Positions 38,625-48,530 of a stretch of DNA of 64,000 nucleotides are shown one piece after another. The notes beneath the pieces are model-generated. The model had not been told where the DNA came from and did not search any database. It saw only the letters and a program-made list of their open reading frames with translations. Where the stretch lies: NCBI GenBank assembly GCA_963708185.1, contig OY970195.1:704001-768000 (forward strand), given 5' to 3'. The DNA is from Candidatus Peregrinibacteria bacterium (GTDB lineage Bacteria; Patescibacteriota; Gracilibacteria; UBA1369). The translations under genes were made by a program, and so were the position numbers. Position 1 is the stretch's first letter; each line of letters opens with the position of its first letter.

Positions 38625-39560
38625 ATGAATTACCGCCAAATCATCGGTGAGGCTTGGGGTTTTACGCAGGAGAATAAGAAACTTATTGTCTGGTACGCCT
38701 TTATCCCCTCCATTCTGGGTACCTCTGTGGGCGTTTTTTACCTTGTCTATCAATATTTCGCTTTTCTCAGCTCTCCGTTGTTCGAAAACTGGCAGGAAAG
38801 CTTTCTTACCGTTGCCTTGAAGTCGATTTTTGATACGCTCAGGAGCAACATGGGAACTTTTATCCCGGTCGTGATCTTGGGAATTCTGCTGACCCTGATG
38901 TACTTTTTTCTTCCGCCGATCACTGACGGGGCCATGATCCAGCTTATTGCGAGAAAAAAAGGCGGGCAGGACGTCCGTATCCGCGACGGCCTGAAGTACG
39001 GATTATTCTATTTTCTGCCTCTTTTCAGCTATTCCCTCGTGGACAGAACCTACAATATTACTTCCCTTTTCTGGGAATCCGGCTTTGTTTTGAGAAATCT
39101 GGGACCCGACACCTTCGATACGCTGCTTCCCCTGCTGATTATTCTTGTGGTCGTGAGTCTCATTTTCATGTTTTTGTTTATTTTCAGCCAATATTTTATT
39201 GTCATCGACGAACGTCACGTGACGGAATCGATGGCAAAAAGCGCTGTGCTGGTCTCGAAACATCCCGGAAAGACTTTTATGCTCAGTCTTTTGATGTTCG
39301 TTATCGGCATTCGCATTCTGGTTCAGATTATTTTCGTGGTACTCGTACCTTTGGGAGTACTTACCGCCGTTTTTTATTTCGCCGCGTCAACGCTCCCGGA
39401 TATTGGGCTGTGGATCGGCGGCGGGCTTGGCATTGTTGCACTGTTCTTTGCCTCATACCTTGGCGCAATCGTTCACGTTTTTACCACCACCGTCTGGGTT
39501 TTTGGATTCCTTGACCTTACCACCACTCCCGAAATCAACGCCCGTGGAGACGCCGTTTGA
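38625..39560 (+). CDS. Hypothetical multi-pass membrane protein
   Basis: About 6 TMs. Confidence 0.8.
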   Translation: MNYRQIIGEAWGFTQENKKLIVWYAFIPSILGTSVGVFYLVYQYFAFLSSPLFENWQESFLTVALKSIFDTLRSNMGTFIPVVILGILLTLMYFFLPPITDGAMIQLIARKKGGQDVRIRDGLKYGLFYFLPLFSYSLVDRTYNITSLFWESGFVLRNLGPDTFDTLLPLLIILVVVSLIFMFLFIFSQYFIVIDERHVTESMAKSAVLVSKHPGKTFMLSLLMFVIGIRILVQIIFVVLVPLGVLTAVFYFAASTLPDIGLWIGGGLGIVALFFASYLGAIVHVFTTTVWVFGFLDLTTTPEINARGDAV

Positions 39561-40250
39561 CCGGATCATTCCCATGTTTTTCCCATGACTTCGACCGTTT
39601 TCATCCGCCAGGAAGCGGCCGGCCTTCGGTGTTTGAGGCGCGATTTTTTTCTTGGGCGCGGGTGCAGGTGCGGGCTTCTTGTCTTCAGTGTTCGACTGGT
39701 TGTCCTGGACCTTCTTGGTGATATCTCGACTGGAAATAGCTATTTCCTCAACACTGTCACCGTTCATGATGGGGTAGAGTGATCCCATATTGAGATGATA
39801 TTCTCCTTTATTGTCCCTGAGTCGATACGGTCCAACCATGGTTTCGGGCTTTTTGTTCTGGATGACTTTTCCGAATGCCCCAAGAAATGTAGAGAGATCG
39901 TCGGGATGGATCAGCAGAAAGAAAATCTGTTTGTTGATTTCAGTCTGTTTGTAGCCCAGGGCGTTTTCGACATCCCAGCTTGCAAACCTGATCGTTCCGT
40001 CCACATTCATGACGAACACGGGATCTTCCTGGTCATTCACGAGTTTGCGATAGGCAGTCTCCTTTTCCTGCATTGATTTGACGTCAATGGATTCCGTCAC
40101 CGCCGGAGGGTCCAGAACGTCGGTTTTTATTTCTCCGCCGTTAAGTCCTCCGTTTGACCCGATGAAGAAAAGAATCGTTGACATCGATACAACAAAGAGT
40201 GCCACCGCCACCATAATGACGTGCTTGTTTTGCTTCAGGTATTGCAACAT
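39453..40250 (-). CDS. Membrane-anchored PAS domain protein (3' end uncertain)
   Basis: TM, then DPVFVMNVDG.I.F...LGY...LIHPDD...YRLRD..G...SRDIT. The 108-nt overlap with the convergent gene makes the tail doubtful. Confidence 0.75.
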   Translation of the reverse strand: MLQYLKQNKHVIMVAVALFVVSMSTILFFIGSNGGLNGGEIKTDVLDPPAVTESIDVKSMQEKETAYRKLVNDQEDPVFVMNVDGTIRFASWDVENALGYKQTEINKQIFFLLIHPDDLSTFLGAFGKVIQNKKPETMVGPYRLRDNKGEYHLNMGSLYPIMNGDSVEEIAISSRDITKKVQDNQSNTEDKKPAPAPAPKKKIAPQTPKAGRFLADENGRSHGKNMGMIRSNGVSTGVDFGSGGKVKESKNPDGGGKNVNDCAKV

Positions 40251-40436
40251 TGAGTTTTGGTTTTATTTAAGGTAGATAGGTCTTTTTTCTATCGTATTGT
40301 ACTATTTTAGAATATTTAATAATCTTTGTCAATTGCCCCGAAGAAGATTTTTCCCCTTTTGAAGGGACTTTGATTTTCCAGTTAATTATGGTATAATTAC
40401 ATAACAAACACTCAAAAATACCCTAAAAATACACCT

Positions 40437-40886
40437 ATGGCTCAAACACCAGACCTTTCCATCCTTCCCATCCTCAAAAAGATCCCGCTGTTGGCCGATC
40501 TGAACGAAGATGACCACAAGGAGATCATCAAGCATATTGAAATGCAGTATTACCCCGCCCACCAGGTCATTTTCAAGGAAGGCGACCCCGGTGACGCCGT
40601 TTACATCATCAAACGGGGGGTTGTTCGTATCTTTCACCCCGGCTCAGACCCGGTTGAGGACAAAGAGGTAGCCATGCTGGGAGATAATGACGTTTTCGGA
40701 GAAATGGCCATTATTTCGGAAAAACCCCGCAACGCCAGCGCACAGACCATGGAAGAAAGCGAGATTTTTGTACTCAAAAAAGAAGATTTTATCCAGCTGG
40801 TTAGCTCCAATCCAAATATGGCGAGCCGTATCAGCGGTGAGTTCCTGAAGCGGTTCAAAATCAACCTGCAGGGAAAACAGGAGTAG
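40437..40886 (+). CDS. Stand-alone cyclic nucleotide-binding domain protein
   Basis: IFKEGDPGD.VYII..G, FGEMAI and PRNASA. Confidence 0.9.
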   Translation: MAQTPDLSILPILKKIPLLADLNEDDHKEIIKHIEMQYYPAHQVIFKEGDPGDAVYIIKRGVVRIFHPGSDPVEDKEVAMLGDNDVFGEMAIISEKPRNASAQTMEESEIFVLKKEDFIQLVSSNPNMASRISGEFLKRFKINLQGKQE

Positions 40887-40900
40887 TTTTTCACTGAATC

Positions 40901-41512
40901 ATGCTGTACCTTTACCTGTTCATATATCTTTTTCTTGCCCATTTACTGGCTGATTTCGTTTTCCAGCCGGAAGGGCTGATTGCCTGGAAACTCAAAAGCT
41001 GGAAGGGCATTTTTGTTCACGCCCTGATACTTTTCGTGACGATGACAGCTTTTTTCTGGCCTTTTGTCGCTGACATCAACCTGTTGGGCATGGGAGTGCT
41101 TTTATTGAATTCAGTGCTCCATTTTTTGATGGACAAGGATAAAATCCGCATGGAAAAGAAGGAACATCGTTATGTCAGACTGTTCTTTCTTGATCAGAGC
41201 TTTCACGTGGTCGTTCTATTGGTTTTGGCCCTTGTTCTCGGCTATCTCCTGCACTCGGACCTCTACGCAACGGGGCAGCTTCTGAATTACTTCAGCGGGT
41301 TTTTACCCTTCGCGCTCTATCTGATCGTCGCCGTTCTGAGCACCTATGTTTATGAGATCGTCAAATTCCAGTTCAAACGTCAAGAAATCGGGAAAAACGC
41401 CATAAAATTCAACTACGAACACATGTTTGTCCGGCTGATGGTGTTGAGCCTGATTTTTGGGGTGACGCTGTTCCTTACGGGCTTTCATATCGCAAAAACG
41501 CTGCTCGGGTAA
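40901..41512 (+). CDS. DUF3307-like membrane protein
   Basis: AHLLADFVFQ, H...HFLMD and LDQSFH. Confidence 0.8.
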   Translation: MLYLYLFIYLFLAHLLADFVFQPEGLIAWKLKSWKGIFVHALILFVTMTAFFWPFVADINLLGMGVLLLNSVLHFLMDKDKIRMEKKEHRYVRLFFLDQSFHVVVLLVLALVLGYLLHSDLYATGQLLNYFSGFLPFALYLIVAVLSTYVYEIVKFQFKRQEIGKNAIKFNYEHMFVRLMVLSLIFGVTLFLTGFHIAKTLLG

Positions 41513-41627
41513 AACGGCGCCTGAACGGGAAGCGCTTGTGTTTTTGAGCTTGGCTTTGTAGAATTGAGGCCGCCTTAGCTTCGCCGCTTCCGCTTGAGGA
41601 CGGCACCCGCTGTTTTACGCCTCGATT

Positions 41628-44067
41628 ATGCCTGTTTACAACGCCAAAGCCAACGAAAAAAAATGGCAGGAGCGATGGGAAGAAGCCAAACTCTACCAAA
41701 CCAACCTTGAGGACTTTTCGAAACCGAAATATTATAACCTGGTGATGTTTCCGTATCCGTCCGGAGACAAACTCCACATCGGACACTGGTACAACTACGC
41801 TCCAGCAGACTCCTGGGGACGTTATATGCGCATGCGCGGCGCGAACGTTTTTGAACCGCAGGGGTTTGATAGTTTTGGTCTGCCGGCTGAAAATTATGCG
41901 ATCAAAACGGGCGTTCACCCTACGGTGAGTATCACCCAAAATGTGGAATACATGCAGGAGCAGCTCCACAAGATGGGAACGATGTATGACTGGGACAAAA
42001 TGGTCGTGACGTCGGATCCGGTCTATTACCAGTGGACGCAGTGGATCTTTTTGCAGCTCTATAAAAAGGGACTGGCCTACCGCAAGAACGCCCCAGTGAA
42101 CTGGTGTCCGAACGATCAGACCGTTCTTGCAAACGAACAGGTCGTGGACGGACGATGCGAACGCTGTAAACACGAGGTAACGAAAAAAGATCTGACCCAG
42201 TGGTTCTTCAAAATTCGCGATTATGCCGAACGTCTGCTGAACTTTGAAAACTTGGACTGGCCGCAGAAAACCCGCCTGATGCAGGAGCACTGGATCGGTC
42301 GGAGCGAAGGCAGTGAGGTGGTTTTTGAACTGTGCGACACAGACGGCAACAAAACCGGTAAAGCGGTAACGGTTTTTACGACTCGCATCGATACGCTGTT
42401 TGGTGCCACCTACATGGTACTGGCGCCGGAGCATGAACTTGTCCTGCAGATCACCACGAAAGAACATAAAAAAAACGTCGAAGAGTACATTGAAAAAACC
42501 CGCAAAGAGACCGATATCGTGCGAAGTTCCGAAGATCGTGAGAAAACCGGGGTCATGACGGGTGCTTTTGCCATCAACCCGGTGAACGGCAACGTCATTC
42601 CCGTGTGGATCGCGGACTACGTGCTGGTTACCTACGGAACCGGAGCGGTGATGGCAGTTCCCGCGCACGATGAACGTGATTTTGCTTTTGCCAAAAAGTA
42701 CAAGCTGCCGGTGACCGAGGTTATTCAGCCAAAAACCGGCACAACAAAGCTACCAGCCGAAGCTTTTACGGAAGACGGCGTACTGACCAACTCTGAAAAG
42801 TTTGATGGACTGGATTCGGCGGATGCGAGAAAAAAAATCACTGAATTTTTGATGAACAAGAAAATCGGCGCAAAGGAACAGGCAGGAAAGTTCGTCGTCA
42901 ATTACAAACTGCGCGACTGGCTGGTTTCGCGCCAACGTTATTGGGGAAGCTCCGATCCCGATCATTTACTGCGAAAAGTGCGGCGAGGTGCCGGTGCCGG
43001 AAAAAGATCTTCCGGTGCGGTTGCCCAGCGACGTCGATTTCACGCCGAAAGGTGACGGTAAATCGCCGTTGAACACGGTGGAATCTTTCGTGCACGTCAA
43101 ATGCCCGGATTGCGGAGGAAAAGCCAAACGCGAAGTCGACACCATGGACACGTTCGTGGACTCGAGCTGGTATTTTTTACGCTATCCGTCGGCAAGAATG
43201 AATGAAAAACCTTTCGACAAAGACATGACCAAATACTGGCTGCCGGTGGATATGTACATTGGCGGGCCGGAGCATGCCTGCATGCATCTTCTGTACGCGC
43301 GCTTCATCACCATGGTGCTCCACGACATGAAATATATCACCTTCGACGAACCTTTCAGAAGGCTCGTGCACCAGGGCATGATCACCAAGGACGGGGCCAA
43401 GATGTCCAAATCCAAAGGCAACGTGGTGAGTCCGGATCAGTTCGTGGAAAAGTACGGCAGCGACGTCTTCCGTATGTACCTCATGTTCATGGGACCGTTC
43501 ACCGAAGGCGGCGACTGGAACGATCAGGGCATCACGGGCATCGCGCGTTTCGTGGAAAGGTTTTATCTTTTGATGCGGGCGAAGGACAAGGTCACAGACC
43601 GCGATGGACTTGTACGCGCCGTGCATAAAACGGTTAAAAAAGTCACGGAAGATATTGAACATTTTCATTTCAACACGGCCGTCGCGGCGTTGATGGAGTT
43701 CGTGAACACCGCCAACAAGACCGGCATCGACCGCGAAAGCCAGACAGTGATGACGAAATTAATTGCCCCGCTTGCGCCCCATCTGGCCGAACAGATATGG
43801 GAAGAGCTCGGAGAAACTTTCAGCATTTTCGATCATGAATGGCCGGCATACGATCCGGGGCTTATCCAGGAGACTTCATTGATTCTGCCGGTACAGGTCA
43901 ACGGAAAACTGCGCGGGCAGATCGAGGTTTCCGTCGATGCTTCCAAGGAGGACATTCTGGAGCTGGCAAAAAAAGAAGAAAATGCGGCAAGGTACCTTGA
44001 AGGAAAAACCCTCGTCAAAGAGATTTACGTGCCGGGAAAACTTGTGAGTTTGGTCGTGAAGGATTAA
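41628..44067 (+). CDS. leuS: Leucine--tRNA ligase (apparent frameshift ~42948)
   Basis: MFPYPSG-HIGH, editing domain, and SRQRYWG-APIP split by one extra A. KMSKS lies in the second frame. Confidence 0.95.
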
Positions 44068-44076
44068 AATATCCTC

Positions 44077-44847
44077 ATGCTTCAAAAGAAAAATAAAAAA
44101 AGTTTCACCGCACGCACGATGCATTCCGGTTTTACGCTCGCCGAGTTGATCCTCGTGGTCGCTCTCACCCTTTTTTTGCTGACCGTGACGGTGCAGGGGT
44201 TCGTGAACTCCGCTTCGCAGTTCACTTTTTCCAACGCTTCGGAGAGAGTTCAGGAGATGATCCGTTCCGCACGCAGTCTGGCCATCAGCGGGAAGGCGCA
44301 GCTGGACTATACCGATTTCGATAAAGACGGATGCTTTGACGATTCTTCGCTCAATGTTTCTCCGTGTGATTCTTCGGCACCTCCGGATTACGTGACCCCT
44401 GCGAATTACGGCATCAACTTCAGCAAAACGACACCGGGTGGCGTTGACACCTATACCGTCACGCTTTTCGCCGACCTCCATGCCAACCCGTCTTGCGCTT
44501 CGGGTTGCGGACAGGAAGGCGTCTATGACTCCGGAAGCGGGCTGGCGGATTACCGGAACGGAAAAGACGTTATTCTGGATCAGTATGTCCTGCCCAACGG
44601 GATAGTCTTTGCTTTTCCGGGAACCGGGAACAACGACGCCACAATTTTCTACTCACCTATTTTCGCCGACGCGAGTTTCAAAGTCGGGACATCTCCGGTA
44701 TTACCCGAAGACCCGTTCTTTACGTTCGGCGTTTCCCAGATGCAGGGGACGATTCTCCGCAAACGCTGTTATGAAATCCATAAACTCGCGGGTATCAGCG
44801 AACCGATGACAGCCACCCCGACAACCAATCCCGCAAAATGTCCTTAA
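44077..44847 (+). CDS. Type IV pilin-like (minor pilin/pseudopilin) protein
   Basis: Class III signal G-FTLAELILVV. Confidence 0.85.
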   Translation: MLQKKNKKSFTARTMHSGFTLAELILVVALTLFLLTVTVQGFVNSASQFTFSNASERVQEMIRSARSLAISGKAQLDYTDFDKDGCFDDSSLNVSPCDSSAPPDYVTPANYGINFSKTTPGGVDTYTVTLFADLHANPSCASGCGQEGVYDSGSGLADYRNGKDVILDQYVLPNGIVFAFPGTGNNDATIFYSPIFADASFKVGTSPVLPEDPFFTFGVSQMQGTILRKRCYEIHKLAGISEPMTATPTTNPAKCP

Positions 44848-45584
44848 CCCACGCCATGTCTCAACGTTACCGAAAAACCGGACTGAAAAAAGCCGAATCG
44901 CTCGTGGAAGTGATCATGGCTATTTTTGTGGTGGCGCTCGGTTCAGGCGTTGCGACTTCCCTGATTATTTCGGCACTCCAGGCCAACGAATTCAGCCGTG
45001 ACAACCTTGTGGCTCTGAACCTTGCGGTCGAAGGCATCGAGGTCATGAGGGACATCCGTGATGCCGACTGGCTCAAGTTCAGTTACGATAAAGAAAACTG
45101 CTGGAACATGAGGCCCGATACTCCGGCGGATAAACCTTGCACCGATGCGGCGGCCAAACCCATCGAAGCGACCGACAGCAACTCCGGGTATACCATTACG
45201 CCAAGTCCGTGGGGGTGGGTCCTTCCGGACGCTCCGATCGGCTCAGCGCTGGATCTGAGCAGCAGCGGTTCAGGAAACGACCCATATCAGCTCGGGTATT
45301 ACGATATGGATACGGGCGTTGACAGCGACGGTAACGGTGACGCCAGTCACGATCATGATGTTATCATTACGAAAGGCATCACGGTTTCCCCTCCCATGGC
45401 CGCCAGCGGAGATACAATTTTCTACCGCATGATCCAGGTCGAATACCCCTCATGCTCGACTTTCCCCCACTGTGAATCTATGAACATCGTTTCCACCGTT
45501 CAGTGGAGGGCACAAGGGGTAGCGCACCAGGTTGTCCTGACGACACATCTTACCAATTATCAAAAAGTTAAAGTTCAAGCATGA
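44838..45584 (+). CDS. Pilin-like protein (PilV-like)
   Basis: KKA-ESLVEVIMAIFVV, A.NLA.EGIE and a C-terminal V.W...V.L.T.LT segment. Confidence 0.75.
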   Translation: MSLTHAMSQRYRKTGLKKAESLVEVIMAIFVVALGSGVATSLIISALQANEFSRDNLVALNLAVEGIEVMRDIRDADWLKFSYDKENCWNMRPDTPADKPCTDAAAKPIEATDSNSGYTITPSPWGWVLPDAPIGSALDLSSSGSGNDPYQLGYYDMDTGVDSDGNGDASHDHDVIITKGITVSPPMAASGDTIFYRMIQVEYPSCSTFPHCESMNIVSTVQWRAQGVAHQVVLTTHLTNYQKVKVQA

Positions 45585-46741
45585 TCCGATCCTTCCTCTC
45601 CCATCGCGACAAAAAAAATTCACGCACACAATGTGAAGGTTTCACCTTGGTCGAAGTGTTGATCGCCGCAACCATTTTCACGATCGTAAGTCTGATCGCC
45701 ATTACGGTTTTCGTGAACGTCATCCGCATCCAGCGCAGGGTCCAGCTGGAAAACGCCATCTACGAAGACGCCCGCGTGATGATGGAACGCATCGCCCGTG
45801 AAATACGTCAGAATACCGTCGACTACGAAGAGTATTACAATAAGGCGATGGCGCAGGACGTCGGGTTTGTTTCTTTACCGGGCTTAAATAATACCAACCC
45901 GTACGGCAACCGTTACGGCTGCTATGCCCAGCGGTTCTACAACCCCGGAAGCGACAATGCTTTCGGCGCGCAATGCAGCGACGGGAACACTCCTGCAACC
46001 GAACCGGGGTGCATCATCGACAAGACTTCCCTCGACATCAACACAGGGCAGAACCCTTACGCCGGCACAGGACAGGCGAATACCGACGTCAGTGACGCCA
46101 ATGCTTTCTGCGACCTTAATTTTGCAGGTTCGGTTGATCCTTCCTGCGGACAACCTGGTGACGTCGACCACAGCCTTCAGAGTGAACTGTATTTGATCAA
46201 CGCTTCCGGTACGGGAAAAACCATCCTTGCCAGGAAAACCATCACCGCCGACGGAGAAAATTCGCTGGCGCTGTTAAAACTCACGGGCCAGGACCAGGAT
46301 CAGGACGGTGTTGATGAAGTCTGGAGGGACTGCGACACTTCACTCCCTCCAAATAATCAGTTCTGCTGTGCTCAAGGGTTCGATTGTTCAGCTTTGGATC
46401 TCACGACCGATTCCCTTGAAAATACGTTGAGTTACAACGCTTCGAACAATTACATCGGTTTTGTTCCGATCAGCCCGAGCAGGACGGATATCACTTCCCT
46501 TAAATTCTACGTCGATCCTCTGGAAGATCCGCGAAAGGCTTTTGCCGAAACCGATCCGACGCAGGGCATCCAGCAGCAACCGCATGTGACCGTTGTGCTT
46601 ACCGTGCAGCCTTCTAAAGCCTCCTTGTCCGGTTTCAACGGCGACGTTCCCACCGTCACACTTCAAACAACCGTCACCAGTCGCGTGTACAACGAAGTGA
46701 AGAGCTATTATCCCAACGATAATCTTTGCGCGGCTTACTGA
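45581..46741 (+). CDS. Pilin-like protein (PilW-like)
   Basis: G-FTLVEVLIAA, ARVMMERIAREIR and a C-terminal QP.VTV...LQTTV.SR segment. Confidence 0.85.
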   Translation: MIRSFLSHRDKKNSRTQCEGFTLVEVLIAATIFTIVSLIAITVFVNVIRIQRRVQLENAIYEDARVMMERIAREIRQNTVDYEEYYNKAMAQDVGFVSLPGLNNTNPYGNRYGCYAQRFYNPGSDNAFGAQCSDGNTPATEPGCIIDKTSLDINTGQNPYAGTGQANTDVSDANAFCDLNFAGSVDPSCGQPGDVDHSLQSELYLINASGTGKTILARKTITADGENSLALLKLTGQDQDQDGVDEVWRDCDTSLPPNNQFCCAQGFDCSALDLTTDSLENTLSYNASNNYIGFVPISPSRTDITSLKFYVDPLEDPRKAFAETDPTQGIQQQPHVTVVLTVQPSKASLSGFNGDVPTVTLQTTVTSRVYNEVKSYYPNDNLCAAY

Positions 46742-47418
46742 TCATTATGTTTTGCGCGCGGTTCCGGTCCCAACATGATGACGAACTCCCCTTTCGGGGT
46801 TTTCTTTTGGAAGTGTTCCAGCGCCTGGCCCGGGGTTCCCCTGAAAAATTCTTCGTAGATCTTGGTGAGTTCGCGGGCGACGACCATCTGCCTTTGGGGA
46901 AATTTTTCGGCGAATTCGGAAAGGGTTTTGAGAAGTCGGTGGGGTGATTCATAAAAAACGATCGTTCGTTGTTCATCGTGGAAGGTATCCAGCAAGGTCT
47001 GGCGTCCTTTTTTCATTGGGAGGAAACCGAGGTAGAGAAACTGATGCGTCGGCAGACCGGAAGCGCTGAGTGCAGCCAAAAATGCCGATGGTCCCGGAAT
47101 TGGAACCACCGTGACGCCGTTTTCGATGGCTGCTTTCACGAGCACGTACCCCGGGTCGGAAATTCCCGGCGTTCCGGCATCGGAAACCAGAGCGATCTCT
47201 TTTCCTTCTTTGAGCAGATCCAGAAGTTGGGTAAGTTTCCTTTCATCGCTCCAGGCATGAAAGCTGATGGTCGGTTTGTCGATTTCGTACTTTTTGAGAA
47301 GTATCTGGACATGACGGGTATCTTCCGCGGCAATGTAGTCCACCTCTTTCAGCGTGTTTATGGCGCGGAGCGTAATGTCTTCGAGATTACCGATTGGGGT
47401 GGCGACAATGTAAAGCAC
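46735..47418 (-). CDS. rsmI: 16S rRNA C1402 2'-O-methyltransferase
   Basis: LYIVATPIGNLEDIT, EDTR, SDAGTPGISDPG, YESPHR and RELTK. Confidence 0.96.
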   Translation of the reverse strand: MLYIVATPIGNLEDITLRAINTLKEVDYIAAEDTRHVQILLKKYEIDKPTISFHAWSDERKLTQLLDLLKEGKEIALVSDAGTPGISDPGYVLVKAAIENGVTVVPIPGPSAFLAALSASGLPTHQFLYLGFLPMKKGRQTLLDTFHDEQRTIVFYESPHRLLKTLSEFAEKFPQRQMVVARELTKIYEEFFRGTPGQALEHFQKKTPKGEFVIMLGPEPRAKHNDQ

Positions 47419-47424
47419 CGTGAA

Positions 47425-48132
47425 TTAATAATGGGTTACTTTTGTGGATTTTGGGATCTTCGTGGTAAAAACCTCCTTTTTGCTTTTGGTGATATGAGGC
47501 TTTTGAAGATAAAGCGGCTTGATGAATTTCGATTTTCTTTTGGCGGTTTTTGCGATTTCGACAACCGTTTTCCCGAAGGTTTTCAACTCGCTTTCCTTGA
47601 TCAATCTGGCGGCGGACTTTTCTTCCGAAAGCCTTTTCCTGAGTTTTTTAAGGTCCTCCGCTCCAAGGTCCGCCAACACATACTTCGTCCGGAATTTTTT
47701 CAGGAACTTTCCAAGCTCATCCATCGGGATCAGTTTGTTTTTTGATGCCTTCGGCGCGAGTACTGCGACACGATCGCCGCCGCCCTTGATGACGATCGCG
47801 GTGCCCTTTTGAAATTTGGGCGGGAGTTGTGCAGTGAGAAAACGAAAAACATCCGCAGATTTCAAAGCGGCATGAAGAGTCCAGGCAAGGACGTTCGCCG
47901 TCGTAATTCCGATGCGCAATCCGGTAAAAGGGCCGGGGCCGTTGACGACGAAGAGTTCTCCGATCTCTTGCCATTGCTTGCCGGATTTTTTCAGAAGCAT
48001 TTCGATGGCGGGAAGGATTTTTCCGGCTTCGTCCTTCTTACTCGTCCAGGTTTTTTCCGCCAGCACTTTCCCGGCGGCCACAAGCGCCACCCCCGTGCGG
48101 TTGGTCGCCGAATTCAGGGCTAAGGTCAACAT
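47425..48132 (-). CDS. tsaB: tRNA threonylcarbamoyladenosine biosynthesis protein TsaB
   Basis: GPGPFTGLRIG and a C-terminal PLY. Confidence 0.88.
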   Translation of the reverse strand: MLTLALNSATNRTGVALVAAGKVLAEKTWTSKKDEAGKILPAIEMLLKKSGKQWQEIGELFVVNGPGPFTGLRIGITTANVLAWTLHAALKSADVFRFLTAQLPPKFQKGTAIVIKGGGDRVAVLAPKASKNKLIPMDELGKFLKKFRTKYVLADLGAEDLKKLRKRLSEEKSAARLIKESELKTFGKTVVEIAKTAKRKSKFIKPLYLQKPHITKSKKEVFTTKIPKSTKVTHY

Positions 48133-48195
48133 ACCGATCGTTAAAAGTTCGGTGGTATTATAGACGATAATGGAACAGCGGCAAGGAAAGCCTTC

Positions 48196-48489
48196 CTAGT
48201 TTTTCTTCCGCTTGTTGTGGTGTTGCGTGATGATTTTTATGCGTTTCTTCTGAAGACTTAGCGTTGTCCTTTGCAGGTCATGGATCAGGTCGTTGAGCTC
48301 ATCCAGTGAAACGTTCTCATCTTTTTTGACGTATTGCAAAAGCTGTTCGCAGACCTTGTCGTACAGCTGACGGTCAGCTTTCTTGAGATCACGGATGGTG
48401 ATCTCAAGACGCATGAAGCGGCCCTGTTTTTTGTTTTTCTTTTTGTGACCGCGCTTTCCCGGCTGTTCCTGCGGAATCGGCTTGAGCAT
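48196..48489 (-). CDS. Small basic hypothetical protein
   Basis: 97-aa ORF in the same orientation as its neighbours. Confidence 0.6.
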   Translation of the reverse strand: MLKPIPQEQPGKRGHKKKNKKQGRFMRLEITIRDLKKADRQLYDKVCEQLLQYVKKDENVSLDELNDLIHDLQRTTLSLQKKRIKIITQHHNKRKKN

Positions 48490-48530
48490 AAATAATTTTA
48501 ATTTTTGTTTTGTTTTTTGTGATGAGCGGA

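Noticed and set aside
41513-41627. Possible T-box leader before leuS
   Set aside because: Too short, with no T-box consensus or terminator.
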